Assembly (NCBI GenBank): GCA_030704615.1
Contig: CM060731.1
Location: 77,128,001 to 77,192,000 of the forward strand
DNA: 64,000 bases
Source of the DNA: Takakia lepidozioides
Lineage: Eukaryota; Plantae; Bryophyta
Direction of reading: 5' to 3'
The first letter of the stretch is position 1, and each line of letters begins with the position of its first letter. The notes under the pieces were generated by a model. That model did no database searches, was not told where the DNA came from, and saw nothing but the letters and a program-made list of their open reading frames with translations. The position numbers and the translations under genes are program-made. Positions 13,694-24,649 of the stretch are shown here, one piece after another.

Positions 13694-16105
13694 TCAGTGA
13701 TAATCCTGCAACAGACCGTGTTGCTGAACACTGCTAAGGAAATCGACAAACATTTCTTCTAAACTTTTGAACTTGAGAAGACCCAGTCTCTGGATCTTGG
13801 TGGTGTTGAGAGTATGGTGGATGTCATTCCCCTCCGCATTATTGCATCTGCACAATCCATGCAGGCAAAAAGATGCACAATTAAGCGAGTTGGAAGTAGT
13901 GGGCATGGCAGCGATGACAAACATGGTGTGCAGCTGCAGCTCACTGCGGTTGCTTTCACTCCTGATGACCCAAAAGTTTTGGATCCGATCTGAACTTGAA
14001 GGGTTTGAGTAGTAGTCATTACCTTGTGGGAACTTGCAGCTTTGGATACTTCTGCTTCAGCATCTGCATGACATCACTAAAATGGGCCACTTCTGCGGAG
14101 CAGATGTAGCGGCCCCGAGCCCCGGGCACCTCGAGGGCCAGCACATGCGCGGTCACAACGTCGTCGATGTGCACCCACCCAATTCTGATGTTTGGGTATT
14201 CCTTGGCCGCCCCTACAGCATAAGACACGTTATGATGTTTATTATCAGGACTACAAGTATTGGCAAGGTAACATGATCCACTCACTCGCAGTGATTGACA
14301 AACAATCAACTAGGAAGCTTGCGGACAATTTCCCTTATATATATACTCTGCGAGATTGTCTGTGAGATCTCTGCATGAAATCAACTTTACCTTTCACAAG
14401 GTGGAGGAGCACCGAGATGGTGCTAGTTGGCACGGGCGCAAGCATGGACCCCATGACGAAGGATGGATTGACCACAACGAGATCAAGTCCCTCCTTTTTG
14501 GCAAACTCAAAGGCCTCTCTTTCTGCCAAGGTCTTTGCCATTGCGTACCACATCTGGGTCGCCCATTAGAGCGTCGTATCACAGAGTGAGTGAGCAGAAC
14601 TCCAAACCAAAATGTCAGACATCTCAGGTAACTGCAAGCTACAAGCTTATGGTTGTCCAATTCCTTTGTGTTGACTGGTAATATACCTTCAACAATCAGA
14701 GAAAGGACTACAGTATTCAAAAGTCGGTCTTACAGATGGAGCTAATGGGAATTAACTTTGAAGCGTTCAGGAAGAAGGGTACTTTCTGGCGCAATGAAAT
14801 TCAGGAGTGTTCCATTTCAAGTTATAGCTCTTGAGACTCTCTCTCACTGATATGTGACAGACCTGGTACTGTTTGCAATAGTCAAGATTGCTCCAGGTGG
14901 ATTCATCCATAGGCGGGTCTTTGTCGGTGTGGTTGTAATCATAGCGAATTGCAGAGCACGAGGACGTCATCACAATCCGCTGAATAGAGGGTGACTTGGT
15001 GCATGCTTTCAACACATTCATGCTGCCGTGCAAGCATGGATTCAGCATCGTTACCTTTTGATCACACATTACAATGGAAGGGAGTGCGACTGGTGAGTAC
15101 CGTACGTGGATTCACGACGAATTAGCAGGCCTAATTTTCCATTCAAAGGATTACTTCCATGAATCACATGAAATTGAATGAGTTTCGTACTTTCTGATTC
15201 CAAATCAGCCATTCAATTTTCTCCGGGGCTGTCCAGCTGCACTAACAAGTGTCTCCCAGTTCAGTTCCAGCTCGAGGGTAAGAATTTCCCACCCAGTAGA
15301 TTCTTCTTTTGATTTACACCCATCGGGACTCAGATGTTGTTAACAAGGGGCTGCTGCGTACATGACTGAATTCTTCAATGATTCAGAAACTTCAGCACCT
15401 AAAATGTGTGGTAAAAAACTCTACTACAACTTACAGGTTCACTAAATTTGGGTCAGATGAAAAATACTGTAGGTGTGGATAACAAATATTGTAATGATCC
15501 CATCGTGTAAGCGATGATTGGATTGAAATGTTCAAACCTGCGGGTCTCCCTCTCCATAGAGAACAGGGCAAGCAGTGTGAAAGACTCCATCCACCCCATA
15601 AACAGCAGCATCGAAGCTGCCCTCTTCTACCAAATCAGCCTTCACTATCTGCAGCCTCTCCTTCGCGCCAGGAAGCTCCCATAGAAACCCAGTTTTGCTT
15701 TTGTCATCTGCCCAACACGAAATCATAGTTTCAGGCCCCCACCAAAGCTACATATTATCTATAAGCGAACCCTCCACTCAAGGGCCGGGCCAAACTGATA
15801 AGAGCTCGCAACGCCCTAAAAGCGGAGGAACTCAATTGTCCAACGATTGCAGGCATCATGGCTCACGACCTATCAGAGCTTGGTGACGGATCATAAACAG
15901 CTCAAATCGCTGACAAAAGAACTAGCGTATTGCGCTAGAGGAAGTGATTGACGGGAAGGAGTTGGAGGTACCAACCAGGGTCCCGAGCTGTGGTGCGCAC
16001 TCGGTAGCCTTTCTTCAGAAGAGATTGGATTAGGCAGGATGCAATGTAGCCAGTGCCTCCTGTCACACACACCAGCTTCTCCGCCGTGCCTCCTTCCATA
16101 CCCAT
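13694..16105 (-). CDS. TKPR2: Tetraketide alpha-pyrone reductase 2-like (CCR/DFR-like SDR, sporopollenin pathway), 6 exons
   Basis: VCVTGGTGYIAS NADPH motif, GFLWELPGAKERL, TSSCSAIRY, WYAMAKTLAE (YxxxK), PTSTISVLL, EYPN..GWVHIDDVV, ICSAEVAHFS. These blocks fit TKPR2/CCRL6 rather than true CCR. Exons ~16105-15976, 15707-15538, 15054-14863, 14553-14391, 14212-14023, 13847-13694. Confidence 0.88.
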
Positions 16106-16589
16106 CTCTCCCTCCCGCAGACCCACACACGGTGGCTCAGATCCCCTTCTAATTCCTCGAGTCCCCAGAGCGAGATCAATAAGTGAAAATCGGAAATCTT
16201 TTGAGAGTGAAGAGATGCAGTCAGAACTTCGCTTTGCCTTGGAGTGACCGCCAAAGTCAGAACGTCGTTTTGTCTTGAAACGATCTCCATTCTCGGTTCT
16301 AGGATCACTGTGGAGGTGGTCCCCATGGTGCCCTTCTGTGACATACCAACCACCCACCTAACTTACAAACTATAAATCCCGGACACATTGCTGACCCACA
16401 CACCAAAAATGGAGAACGGAGGCGTCATGCATCGCGACACGTCTACTACCTGTCACTCACCAAGCTTCCTGTGTTTCGTCCACAAGTGCTCTCGAAGTCC
16501 AAGCCTTACATTTGACCAACTGCCATTATAATCATTTCCTTACTGTCTCTCTCGACATCAGAAGATGCTGATCCCATGTAAGTATGTAT

Positions 16590-18521
16590 ACACGTTATAA
16601 CCGCCTGTTATTAGACCGGTTATATATATATATATCCGGATGGGGTGCAAAAATCAAAAAACCGGATATAAATAGGTCCGGCGGAGGCTAGGGGTTGAGA
16701 TAATCGGCGGGCTTTGAGAATGGGCGAGCAAGTTTGGTTTTTATTTATTGGTATCCGGCCATGGCCTTAAAAAAGCACCCGGTTATCAATAATAGTGTCA
16801 GCATATGCCCTTGCTAAGATTAACCCCTAAACGACGAGCCGACCCGAATCGGGTCGGCCCGATTTTTCGTCCATCCGTAGCATGCACAGATGAAGTCCGA
16901 TGAACAAGCTGCTTGAACGAAAAATGTAGAGCGGAACGAGCTGCGCACACAGGTCTCTATGGCGCCCCCAACAGAGAAAAACTCCGCCGTCAGGAATTTT
17001 TTGAAGTTTGGAAATTGCAGGATTTTGGGTGGAGGGGGAGGGGCACGGCAGTTGACCGTGGACGTGACAGCGGCCACCCGGGTGGGACAATGCAGGGGTT
17101 GGAGTCGGGGCTTGTGAGGCCCTCCCCAAAACGCTAACGAACACGGGGACGGCTAGAATGAGCTGGCCTTGGCAAATAATGGGAAACCTCGACGTGGCCT
17201 GGAAAACGTCACCGGATTCAGGCGGCCACCGATTGCCTGACTTGGAGGAGGCCGGAAATTTCACAAAATCCCACATCCCAAATGCAATTTAGGGAATTTT
17301 TGGGAAATTCTTGGGCAGGCTTGTGTAGTTCTTGGCCTACGAGGACTGACTGTTGGAATTCTTAAATGAAGGAGAATTTGGGGTTCCAATGGGGCCTATA
17401 CCATTTCCTTTGCAAATTCTCTTTTTGGACCCCCATTCCAGTCACATACAAAACACCCCCCCTTTCATTTTGGCGGATTGGGGTGAAATTTGGTGTGAGG
17501 GTTTGGGATTGTGCACTTCACAGGAATATAGCACTTTTTCTCCCAGGAAAATTTGGGATCATGGATAATTTGCTTGGTCAAACATGAACTTTTACTTTGT
17601 TTTTTCCATTTTCAAAAAAATGCACAATCTTCAAATGTTATAATCTCCCAAACTACAAGGTGGAATCTCCCTCAATTTGGGGGGCTTGTGCATCTTGTAG
17701 GTAGGAAGCAGTTTGTACAGTTCATCCATGTGGATGAACGTTGGTGGGCAGGTAGCCGCTAGCCGCTGACGTGTGAGGGTGGGTCCCGGAATTGTCCAAA
17801 AACCCAAAAACACCTCTCGTCCTTTAGGGGTTAATGTGACACCAATCTGGTAACTAAGATGTCCATTATTGATCATTTGGATGATCCAGTTTCAAGGGCT
17901 AACCATCTTGCATGGCTGGTCAATCCCTGCTTGGCATTTTATTTAAGCTTTTTATAATATTTTCATCATTTCAATATATGTAAATTTTTATTTTATAAAT
18001 AGTTCATTTACATGACCGCAATATAACCGTTTTAAGGACCGTCGGTTATCTACCGGTTATGAAGTATATTGAACTTCCAACACCAGTTCAAAAAACCGCA
18101 TGTGCAAAGGTCTTTAATAACCGGAATTGAACTTAATTGGTTTTTTATCTTTTCTTTTTAAGGGAAACACCTGGGAGCGACAGCTCACAAATCAGGCCCC
18201 TTAATAGTGAGAGGAGAAAATAACCTCTTTCATTTATGCGCCATGGAGGCGAATGAGTGGGACACCGCCCTGGGAACCATATCACACCCGTCAATAGCAA
18301 GATTTGACCCCAGAATCATCTGGGTGGCACTTAGTGCACTTCACCATCTGAGCTATTGACTGTTGGTGGGTTTTTTGAAAACATCAAAGAACCGCCTCCG
18401 GCAGGTTATTTAATTTTTTCTTTTGTCCATTTAACCGCCTCTGGAGGTTGTAAAGAAGGGGCAATTGGCAAAGAACCTGCACCGGAGGAGCTCACAAAAA
18501 CCTGATAACCGCCCAACACTG
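16590..18521. mobile_element. Probable non-autonomous DNA-transposon remnant
   Basis: Non-coding; many dispersed AACCGC/AACCGG motifs clustered at both ends; right end ...ataaccgcccaacactg looks like a hAT-type terminus. No matching left TIR or TSD found. Confidence 0.35.
18141..18360 (-). mobile_element. tRNA-derived SINE
   Basis: On the minus strand: A box tagctcagatggt, degenerate B box gggtcaaatc, 3' block aaggggcctgatttgtgagctgtcgctcccagg plus poly(A), shared with copies at 39.7-40.1 kb. Confidence 0.75.
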
Positions 18522-18772
18522 GTATATACACTGGAAACTTATTGGGTTATAGCAGTGCATTGCCTGTCAGCTGTAACAGCTCAATACCCACCTCATCACT
18601 TGCACTAAGTTAGATCTAATAAGTAGCCACAGGTTTTTAGCTTTTACAAAGTGGGCCAAGACCATCCCAAGAGGGCTCAATTGGGGATTGTGCCCCTGAG
18701 GTGATGTTAGGGTTCAAATCCTGCAACCTTATGACCTTGCAATTGTCTTGTATCTTGTATTAGTTCGATTCT

Positions 18773-19324
18773 ATGGGTCTCGGTAATCCGCAGGAGAGAA
18801 GGTGGGGCATGCAGCTGACGCTGCGCAACAAGTTAGAGCTCAATCCCCCATTGCCGGAGCCGGCAAAAGAGAGCACAGAAGGTGAGTGCTTTACGAAATT
18901 CACTTACGCAGACCACACTGCATCAGGACGGTCTCTTGCTCACATTGAGACGTTCATAGTCCGCAATGTGCATTCCTTCTACGGTACTGTCTTCTAGATT
19001 TTTCTTGGAACGAACTCGTCAACATTCCCGAGAGTTGTGTTTTCAGATAATTTTGTCAGTACCGCAAAGTAGTTTGACGTTCGTTACTAGTAACTTTATG
19101 TGAAACAGTTACGAATTGTACTTTGAATGACATGATTAGCTGTGCACATACATGCAGCCAACACACATACTGAGGACAGTTTCGTAGTGGCCCGGACTGG
19201 CCACTATGTTACAGAAGCTCACAAATTCATCAAGCATTGTCTTAGGGGCACCCGGGAGGAGGCCCTCTTTTTCTGTGAAACCGGCAGTACAACTGCCTTA
19301 AAAAGGCTGCAAGAAGTTCTGTGA
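18773..19324 (+). pseudogene. N-terminal fragment of a class-V PLP aminotransferase / probable cysteine desulfurase, intron retained
   Basis: TYADHTASGRSL..IE.FI...V..FY | ANTHTEDS...AHKFIKHCL.G....ALFFCETGSTTALKRLQEV; GT-AG intron 18984-19157; no downstream exons in view. Confidence 0.75.
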
Positions 19325-19703
19325 GCTTCTATTGCGAGTGAAGGTCTTGGGGCCTGAAAGATTAGGTTATATATGCGAAGGCCGGGGGCATTCTTGCATG
19401 GAGTTTAAGGCATAGGGTACCTCTTACCGAGGTTGCTCAGTCAAAACCCATTTCCAGAGGGTGCCATTGAGCTATTGCACGGTCACCATCATTATTTGAA
19501 AGGTTAGTTTGGCAAGATTCAAGCTTTCATAGAGAGGAAGACGGGTAACCAGTTTTCCAGTTTTACATGCATGACTAGATGTGGTAGACCGATGGACCTG
19601 TGACTTTTTTGGTCATTATCTTGCTGTTTTTCTGCTTGGAGTTTTTGGTTTTTTACAAGCTACATGGTTCAATCAGGCACGGTTGTTTGCGTCAGGCACC
19701 TCC

Positions 19704-21983
19704 ATGGTCACCTCTGCACTTCAGAAAGAACCAAGAAAGGGAGGCAACACCAACTCTTGTGGCACTTGCAGGGATATGAGGACACTATGTAAGGCAGGAC
19801 ACTTGAAAGAAGCAGTGGACATTCTGTATCAAGGAGGTGTTTCAGCAGACTCCAATACATACGTCTTTCTGCTGCAGCAGTGCATCAAGATGAAAGGCTT
19901 AGCAGAGGGAAAACAAGTTCATCGCCACATTATGCAAAGTGGATTTCAGCCAAACATCTTTGTATACAACTCTCTAGTCAACATGTATGCCAAGTTTGGG
20001 AGCATGTTAGATGCACGGCAAGTTTTTGACAAAATGCCTGGACGAGATATCCTTACATGGAATATGCTCATATCAGGATATGGCAAGCATGGGTTTGGTA
20101 GAGAGGCTTTGGACATATATGAGCAAATCATACAGGAAAGGGTACTGCCTGACAAGGTCACATTCACTTGCGTTTTGAATGCATGTGCCAGCCTAGCAGC
20201 CCTGGAAAAGGGCAAAGAGGTCCATGCTGACATCATAAAAACTGGAATTGCACCAGATATTATTCTGAACACAGCCCTTGTTGCAATGTATGCCAAATGT
20301 GGGAGCATAAAGGATGCTTCTAAAGTGTTTAAGAGTATGGCTCAACGAAATGTGGTTTCTTGGAGCGCAATGATTGCAGGATACACTAAGCATGGGTGTG
20401 GCAGGGAGGCTTTGGAGACCTATGACCAAATGATACGGGAAGGGGTGACGCCTGACAAAATTACGTTCACTTGCATTCTCAATGCATGTGGGAGCCTGGC
20501 AGCCCTGGATAAGGGCAAAGGTGTCCATGCTGACATTTTCAAAGCTGGAATTGATCCAGATATTATTCTGGGCACTGCCCTTGTTGACATGTATGCCAAG
20601 TGTGGGAGCATAAAGGATGCACGTCAAGAGTTTGACAGTATGGTGCAACGAAATGTGGTCTCATGGAGTGCAATGATTGCAGGATATGCTCAGCATGGGT
20701 GTGGTAGGGAGGCTTTTGAGATGTACAAGCGGATGATACAGGAAGGGATATCCCCCAACAGGGTCACCTTTATCAGTGTTCTCAATGCATGTGCTAGCCT
20801 GACAGCGCTGGAGAAGGGCCAAGAAGTTCATGCTGACATCATCAGAGCTGGAATTGCTTCAGATATGATTCTAGACACTGCCCTTATTGCCATGTACTCC
20901 AAATGTGGAAGCATAAAGGATGCACGTACAGTTTTTGGCAATATGGCTAAACGAAATGTGTTTTCATGGAGTGCCATGATCGCAGGATATGTTCAGCATG
21001 GTTGTGATAGGGAGGCTTATGAGACCTATGAGCAAATGGTACAGGAAGGGGTGACACCAGATATTACCCTGCAAAATACCCTTGTCAACATGTATGCCAA
21101 ATGTGGGAGCATCAAGGATGCTCGTCGAGTGTTCGACAGTATGGCTCAACGGGATGTGGTCTCATGGAACGCAATGATTGCAGGATATGCTCAGCATGGG
21201 TGGAATAGGGAGGCTATCATGATCTATGAGCACATGATAGGGGAAGGGGTGACACCTGACAAGGTCACATTCCTTAGCCTTCTCAATGTGTGTGCCAGCC
21301 TGTCAGCCTTGGAAAAGGGCCTTGAAGTACATTCTGACATTGTCAAAGCTAGAGTTGTGCCAGATATCATGCTGGAGAATGCTCTTGTTGACATGTATTC
21401 CAAATGTGGGAGTTTACATGATGCTCGTGAAGTTCTTGACAAGATGCTTGTACGGACGGTGGTTTCCTGGACTGCAATGATCGCAGGGTATGGTCAGCAC
21501 GGGTATGGTATGGAAGCCCTACGATTATTTGAAGAAATGCAACACGAAGGCTTGGAGCCAGATGGTATCACCTTTGTATGTCTTCTCTCTGCATGCAGCC
21601 ATGGGGGCCTAGTGGATGAAGGCCGATACTACTTTGATTCCATGAGTCGTGATCATGGCCTCAATCCTACAATGGAGCATTTTGGGTGCATCGTGGACCT
21701 TCTTGGACGTGCAGGCCAATTTGATGAGGCAGAGGACTTCATTAGAAAAATGCCAATCGAACCAGGTGGTCTGGTATGGCGGGCCTTGCTTGGTGCATGC
21801 AGAAATCATGGCCATTTAGAGCTAGCAGAACGTGTGGCATACACCCTTCTCAAGTTGGACCCACAGGACGCCACAACCTATGTGCTGCTCTCTAGCATCT
21901 ATGCTGCAGCTGGCAGGTGGGACGATCAAGCAAAGCTGAAAAGAATGATTAAGGACAGGGATCAGAAAGAAGGCAGTGCATAA
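19704..21983 (+). CDS. PLS-class PPR protein (organellar RNA-editing-factor type) with E domain; DYW domain lost by frameshift
   Basis: Repeated P-L-S triplets (MYAKCGS...VVSWSAMIAGY...PDKVTF..VLNACASL), then HFGCIVDLLGRAG and E domain VWRALLGAC...YVLLSSIYAAAGRW. First ATG at 19704; the ORF is open from 19581. Confidence 0.92.
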   Translation: MVTSALQKEPRKGGNTNSCGTCRDMRTLCKAGHLKEAVDILYQGGVSADSNTYVFLLQQCIKMKGLAEGKQVHRHIMQSGFQPNIFVYNSLVNMYAKFGSMLDARQVFDKMPGRDILTWNMLISGYGKHGFGREALDIYEQIIQERVLPDKVTFTCVLNACASLAALEKGKEVHADIIKTGIAPDIILNTALVAMYAKCGSIKDASKVFKSMAQRNVVSWSAMIAGYTKHGCGREALETYDQMIREGVTPDKITFTCILNACGSLAALDKGKGVHADIFKAGIDPDIILGTALVDMYAKCGSIKDARQEFDSMVQRNVVSWSAMIAGYAQHGCGREAFEMYKRMIQEGISPNRVTFISVLNACASLTALEKGQEVHADIIRAGIASDMILDTALIAMYSKCGSIKDARTVFGNMAKRNVFSWSAMIAGYVQHGCDREAYETYEQMVQEGVTPDITLQNTLVNMYAKCGSIKDARRVFDSMAQRDVVSWNAMIAGYAQHGWNREAIMIYEHMIGEGVTPDKVTFLSLLNVCASLSALEKGLEVHSDIVKARVVPDIMLENALVDMYSKCGSLHDAREVLDKMLVRTVVSWTAMIAGYGQHGYGMEALRLFEEMQHEGLEPDGITFVCLLSACSHGGLVDEGRYYFDSMSRDHGLNPTMEHFGCIVDLLGRAGQFDEAEDFIRKMPIEPGGLVWRALLGACRNHGHLELAERVAYTLLKLDPQDATTYVLLSSIYAAAGRWDDQAKLKRMIKDRDQKEGSA

Positions 21984-22890
21984 CTGCATTGAGGTGGTAA
22001 CCACTTCATACATTCGCTGTAGAAGACAAGTTTGTATCCAGGAATTGAGGGGCCCTATGCTGACGGGCTTCACTGGGCATGTCTAGGAGGCGGTACAGCC
22101 TGAAGTGCACTTCGTAGTGCATGATGTGGAAGATAAGGCAAAGGAATTTTCTCGCAGCCACCTGTGAGAAGCTGACCATCACGTTCGGGCTCATCAGCAC
22201 ATTGCCTGGGGCACCATCGTGCACGATCAAGAACCTTCAGGTGTGTGGTGATTGCTGCGCAGCCGCCAACTTTATCTCGAGCATTGTTGGACAAGGAGTT
22301 GCTGTGTGGGATTCCAGCCAATTTCACCACCGAAGATTGGAGTATTCTTTGTGGGCCAATGCATTGAAGAATAATTGTACTCATAAGACGTTGTTTGCCG
22401 TAGCCTTGTGGCCATTGAAGAATAATAAGATACTGGAAGGTTGGATCTAACTCATTCCGGTATGTTTATTTTAAGCTGGGTAGCTGAGGGAAGAAAAAAG
22501 CACTCAATACCGAAGTCACCATCAATCCGAGTGCCTTTTGTATTTTGGAACAAGGGAACCATCACGTTCGGGCTCATTAGCACTCTGCCTGGGGCACCTT
22601 CGTGCACCATCAAGAACCTTCAGGTGTGTGGTGATTGCTGCGCAGCCACCAACTTTATCTCAAGCATTGTTGGACAAGGAGTTGCTGTATGGGATTCCAG
22701 CCAATTTCACCACCGAAGATTGGAGTATTCTTTGTGGGCCAATGCATTGAAGAATAATAAGATACTGGAAGGTTGGATCTAACTCATTCCGGTATGTTTA
22801 ATTTAAGCTGGGTAGCTGAGGGAAGGAAAAAGCACTCAATACCGAAGTCACCATCAATCCGAGTGCCTTTTGTATTTTGGAACAGGGGAA
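21984..22890 (+). pseudogene. Degenerate E+/DYW deaminase domain, distal part tandemly duplicated (~22175-22557 and ~22558-22890)
   Basis: Frameshifted CIEV, HFVVHDVEDKAKE, CEKLTITFGLISTLPG...IKNLQVCGDC...FISSIVG...FHH; terminal DYW missing; second near-identical copy starts at accatcacgttcggg. Confidence 0.85.
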
Positions 22891-22919
22891 CTGGCCGAGA
22901 ATTCCCAAGCCTTCTTCCA

Positions 22920-24649
22920 GATGACAAGGACAAGGGATGCCAGCAACACGTCCATATGTGCCCATAAAAACTGCACGTTTATGACCACCCCAATGCTTGC
23001 CAGAAAAAGCGCCGTAAAGAGATTCCTTATTGGATCCACCTTCAACACGCAACACCCAATCCGAGTTTCGATTCAAACATAGTGCCTGAAATCACTGCCA
23101 AAAAAACAAAGTAACAATTGAAAAATACAAGTCAAACAGGACAAATCTCTTCCCGCCATCCCAGAAAGGCTTGTGACTCGGACCCCTTTATCCCCATCCA
23201 TGCAACGAAAAAGTGGACAAAGCTCTGTGACAACAGATCTGTGCAGGCGTGTGTTCTGCGAGGTCAGTGGTGGAGATCATGACACCCGCCACGAAAGCAC
23301 CCAGTTCCAAGGTTAGCCCTAGTTTATCACTGAACTGCATTCCAACAATGAAAAGAATCATTGCCCTTCAGCCAAATCATCTCAACAAGAAACAAGAGGG
23401 GTCAAAGAAGAAATAAGCAAGTATCTGGGACTTTCTCCTGCAAAAATGTCACCCTGACATAGAAAAGAAACCATCAGACCCAGAAAGACTGCAGGGCACA
23501 GACACTATGCCCAATCTGGACAGGTGAGATGGTGGGGGAGGGAGGGACAGAGGCAATAAGCAAGCAAAATGCAACTGCAGATGATACAGCTCATTTGTCT
23601 GCAATCATTCTCAAGGCAAATGCTGTCACTGGTGCAATCCAGATAAACGAGAATTTATACACAAGTCTGCATCCACTCCAGAAGGGCATAGAATAGAAAC
23701 TAACATAAAGCTGTGACCAGGGCCATTTCAGAAACTACCTGGGTTGAGGCACATGATCAGTTTTAGAAATTGGGGTACAAATGACTTGGCCAGAATGGCA
23801 GCAGCCAAGAGGAAAGCTGAGAGCACAAACAAGCTGCATCGACACATATAGTGTAATATTCAAGTGTAAAAAGATCAATTTTTCATGTGAGGGTGAAATA
23901 AAACTCAGGAGTGGTAATATACGAGATTGACTAGTCTTTCAGAATGTGAAACTACTTTCACTGTTTTCATGGGATATTCACCAACTTTTTGGAAATAGAA
24001 GGTGCTTATAATCGACTCATGGAGATGAGACCTGTCATCACACCACTGTCACCTCCCAGTACAGGCAGCAGAGCAAAAAGCAATCCAACTGCACAATCTT
24101 GCCCCAGCATGCCCTCGTGTCACCCCCTTGCTCGAAACAACAAGCAGGTTGCTCCACAGAGAATCCTCACAAGACGCCTCATGTGGAAGCAACAGCAGTG
24201 ACATACTGACTATTCCAACTTAGGTTGCCTTCCTCCTTCCATTTGATGCAATGGAGGTTGTGAAAAGAAGAGAATTTCAAAAGGAAAAACATTGTCATGT
24301 TGGAAAAATAGCGCTAACTCAAAGTCTACATTGGGAGGCAGGTTATGTGTACCTGTAGGATGAGGGTGCAATAGTAACATGTCCATGCAGTGCATCTGTG
24401 CTGTTACGGTCCATTAGAAACTACAGTACCTGCACCGATAACCTCAAACCCTGTTGAACTGGAATCAATAGGAGGTGGGATGGCTGGAGTGTCATTTAAA
24501 ACTGCAGAAGAGTTTTGCTCTCTCATACATCTGGGGATGCAGATCTTACTGGCTGAAAGGAGGTAAAGAAACCCTCTAACATGCACAAGAAACCCAGAGG
24601 GCTTATGTCAGAGACGAAGAGTAAAAGATTATCAAAAGAAATGAAATGA
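22920..24649 (-). pseudogene. Inverted partial duplicate of the KEA gene (source ~8872-10920) with introns
   Basis: Reverse complement aligns through introns and six exons of KEA; internal deletions and a premature stop (gta ctg TAG versus gta ctg AAG at ~24421). Confidence 0.93.

Noticed and set aside
21960-22340. DYW:KP (U-to-C editing) subtype
   Set aside because: The region is too degenerate; the diagnostic KP box and C-terminal residues cannot be read.
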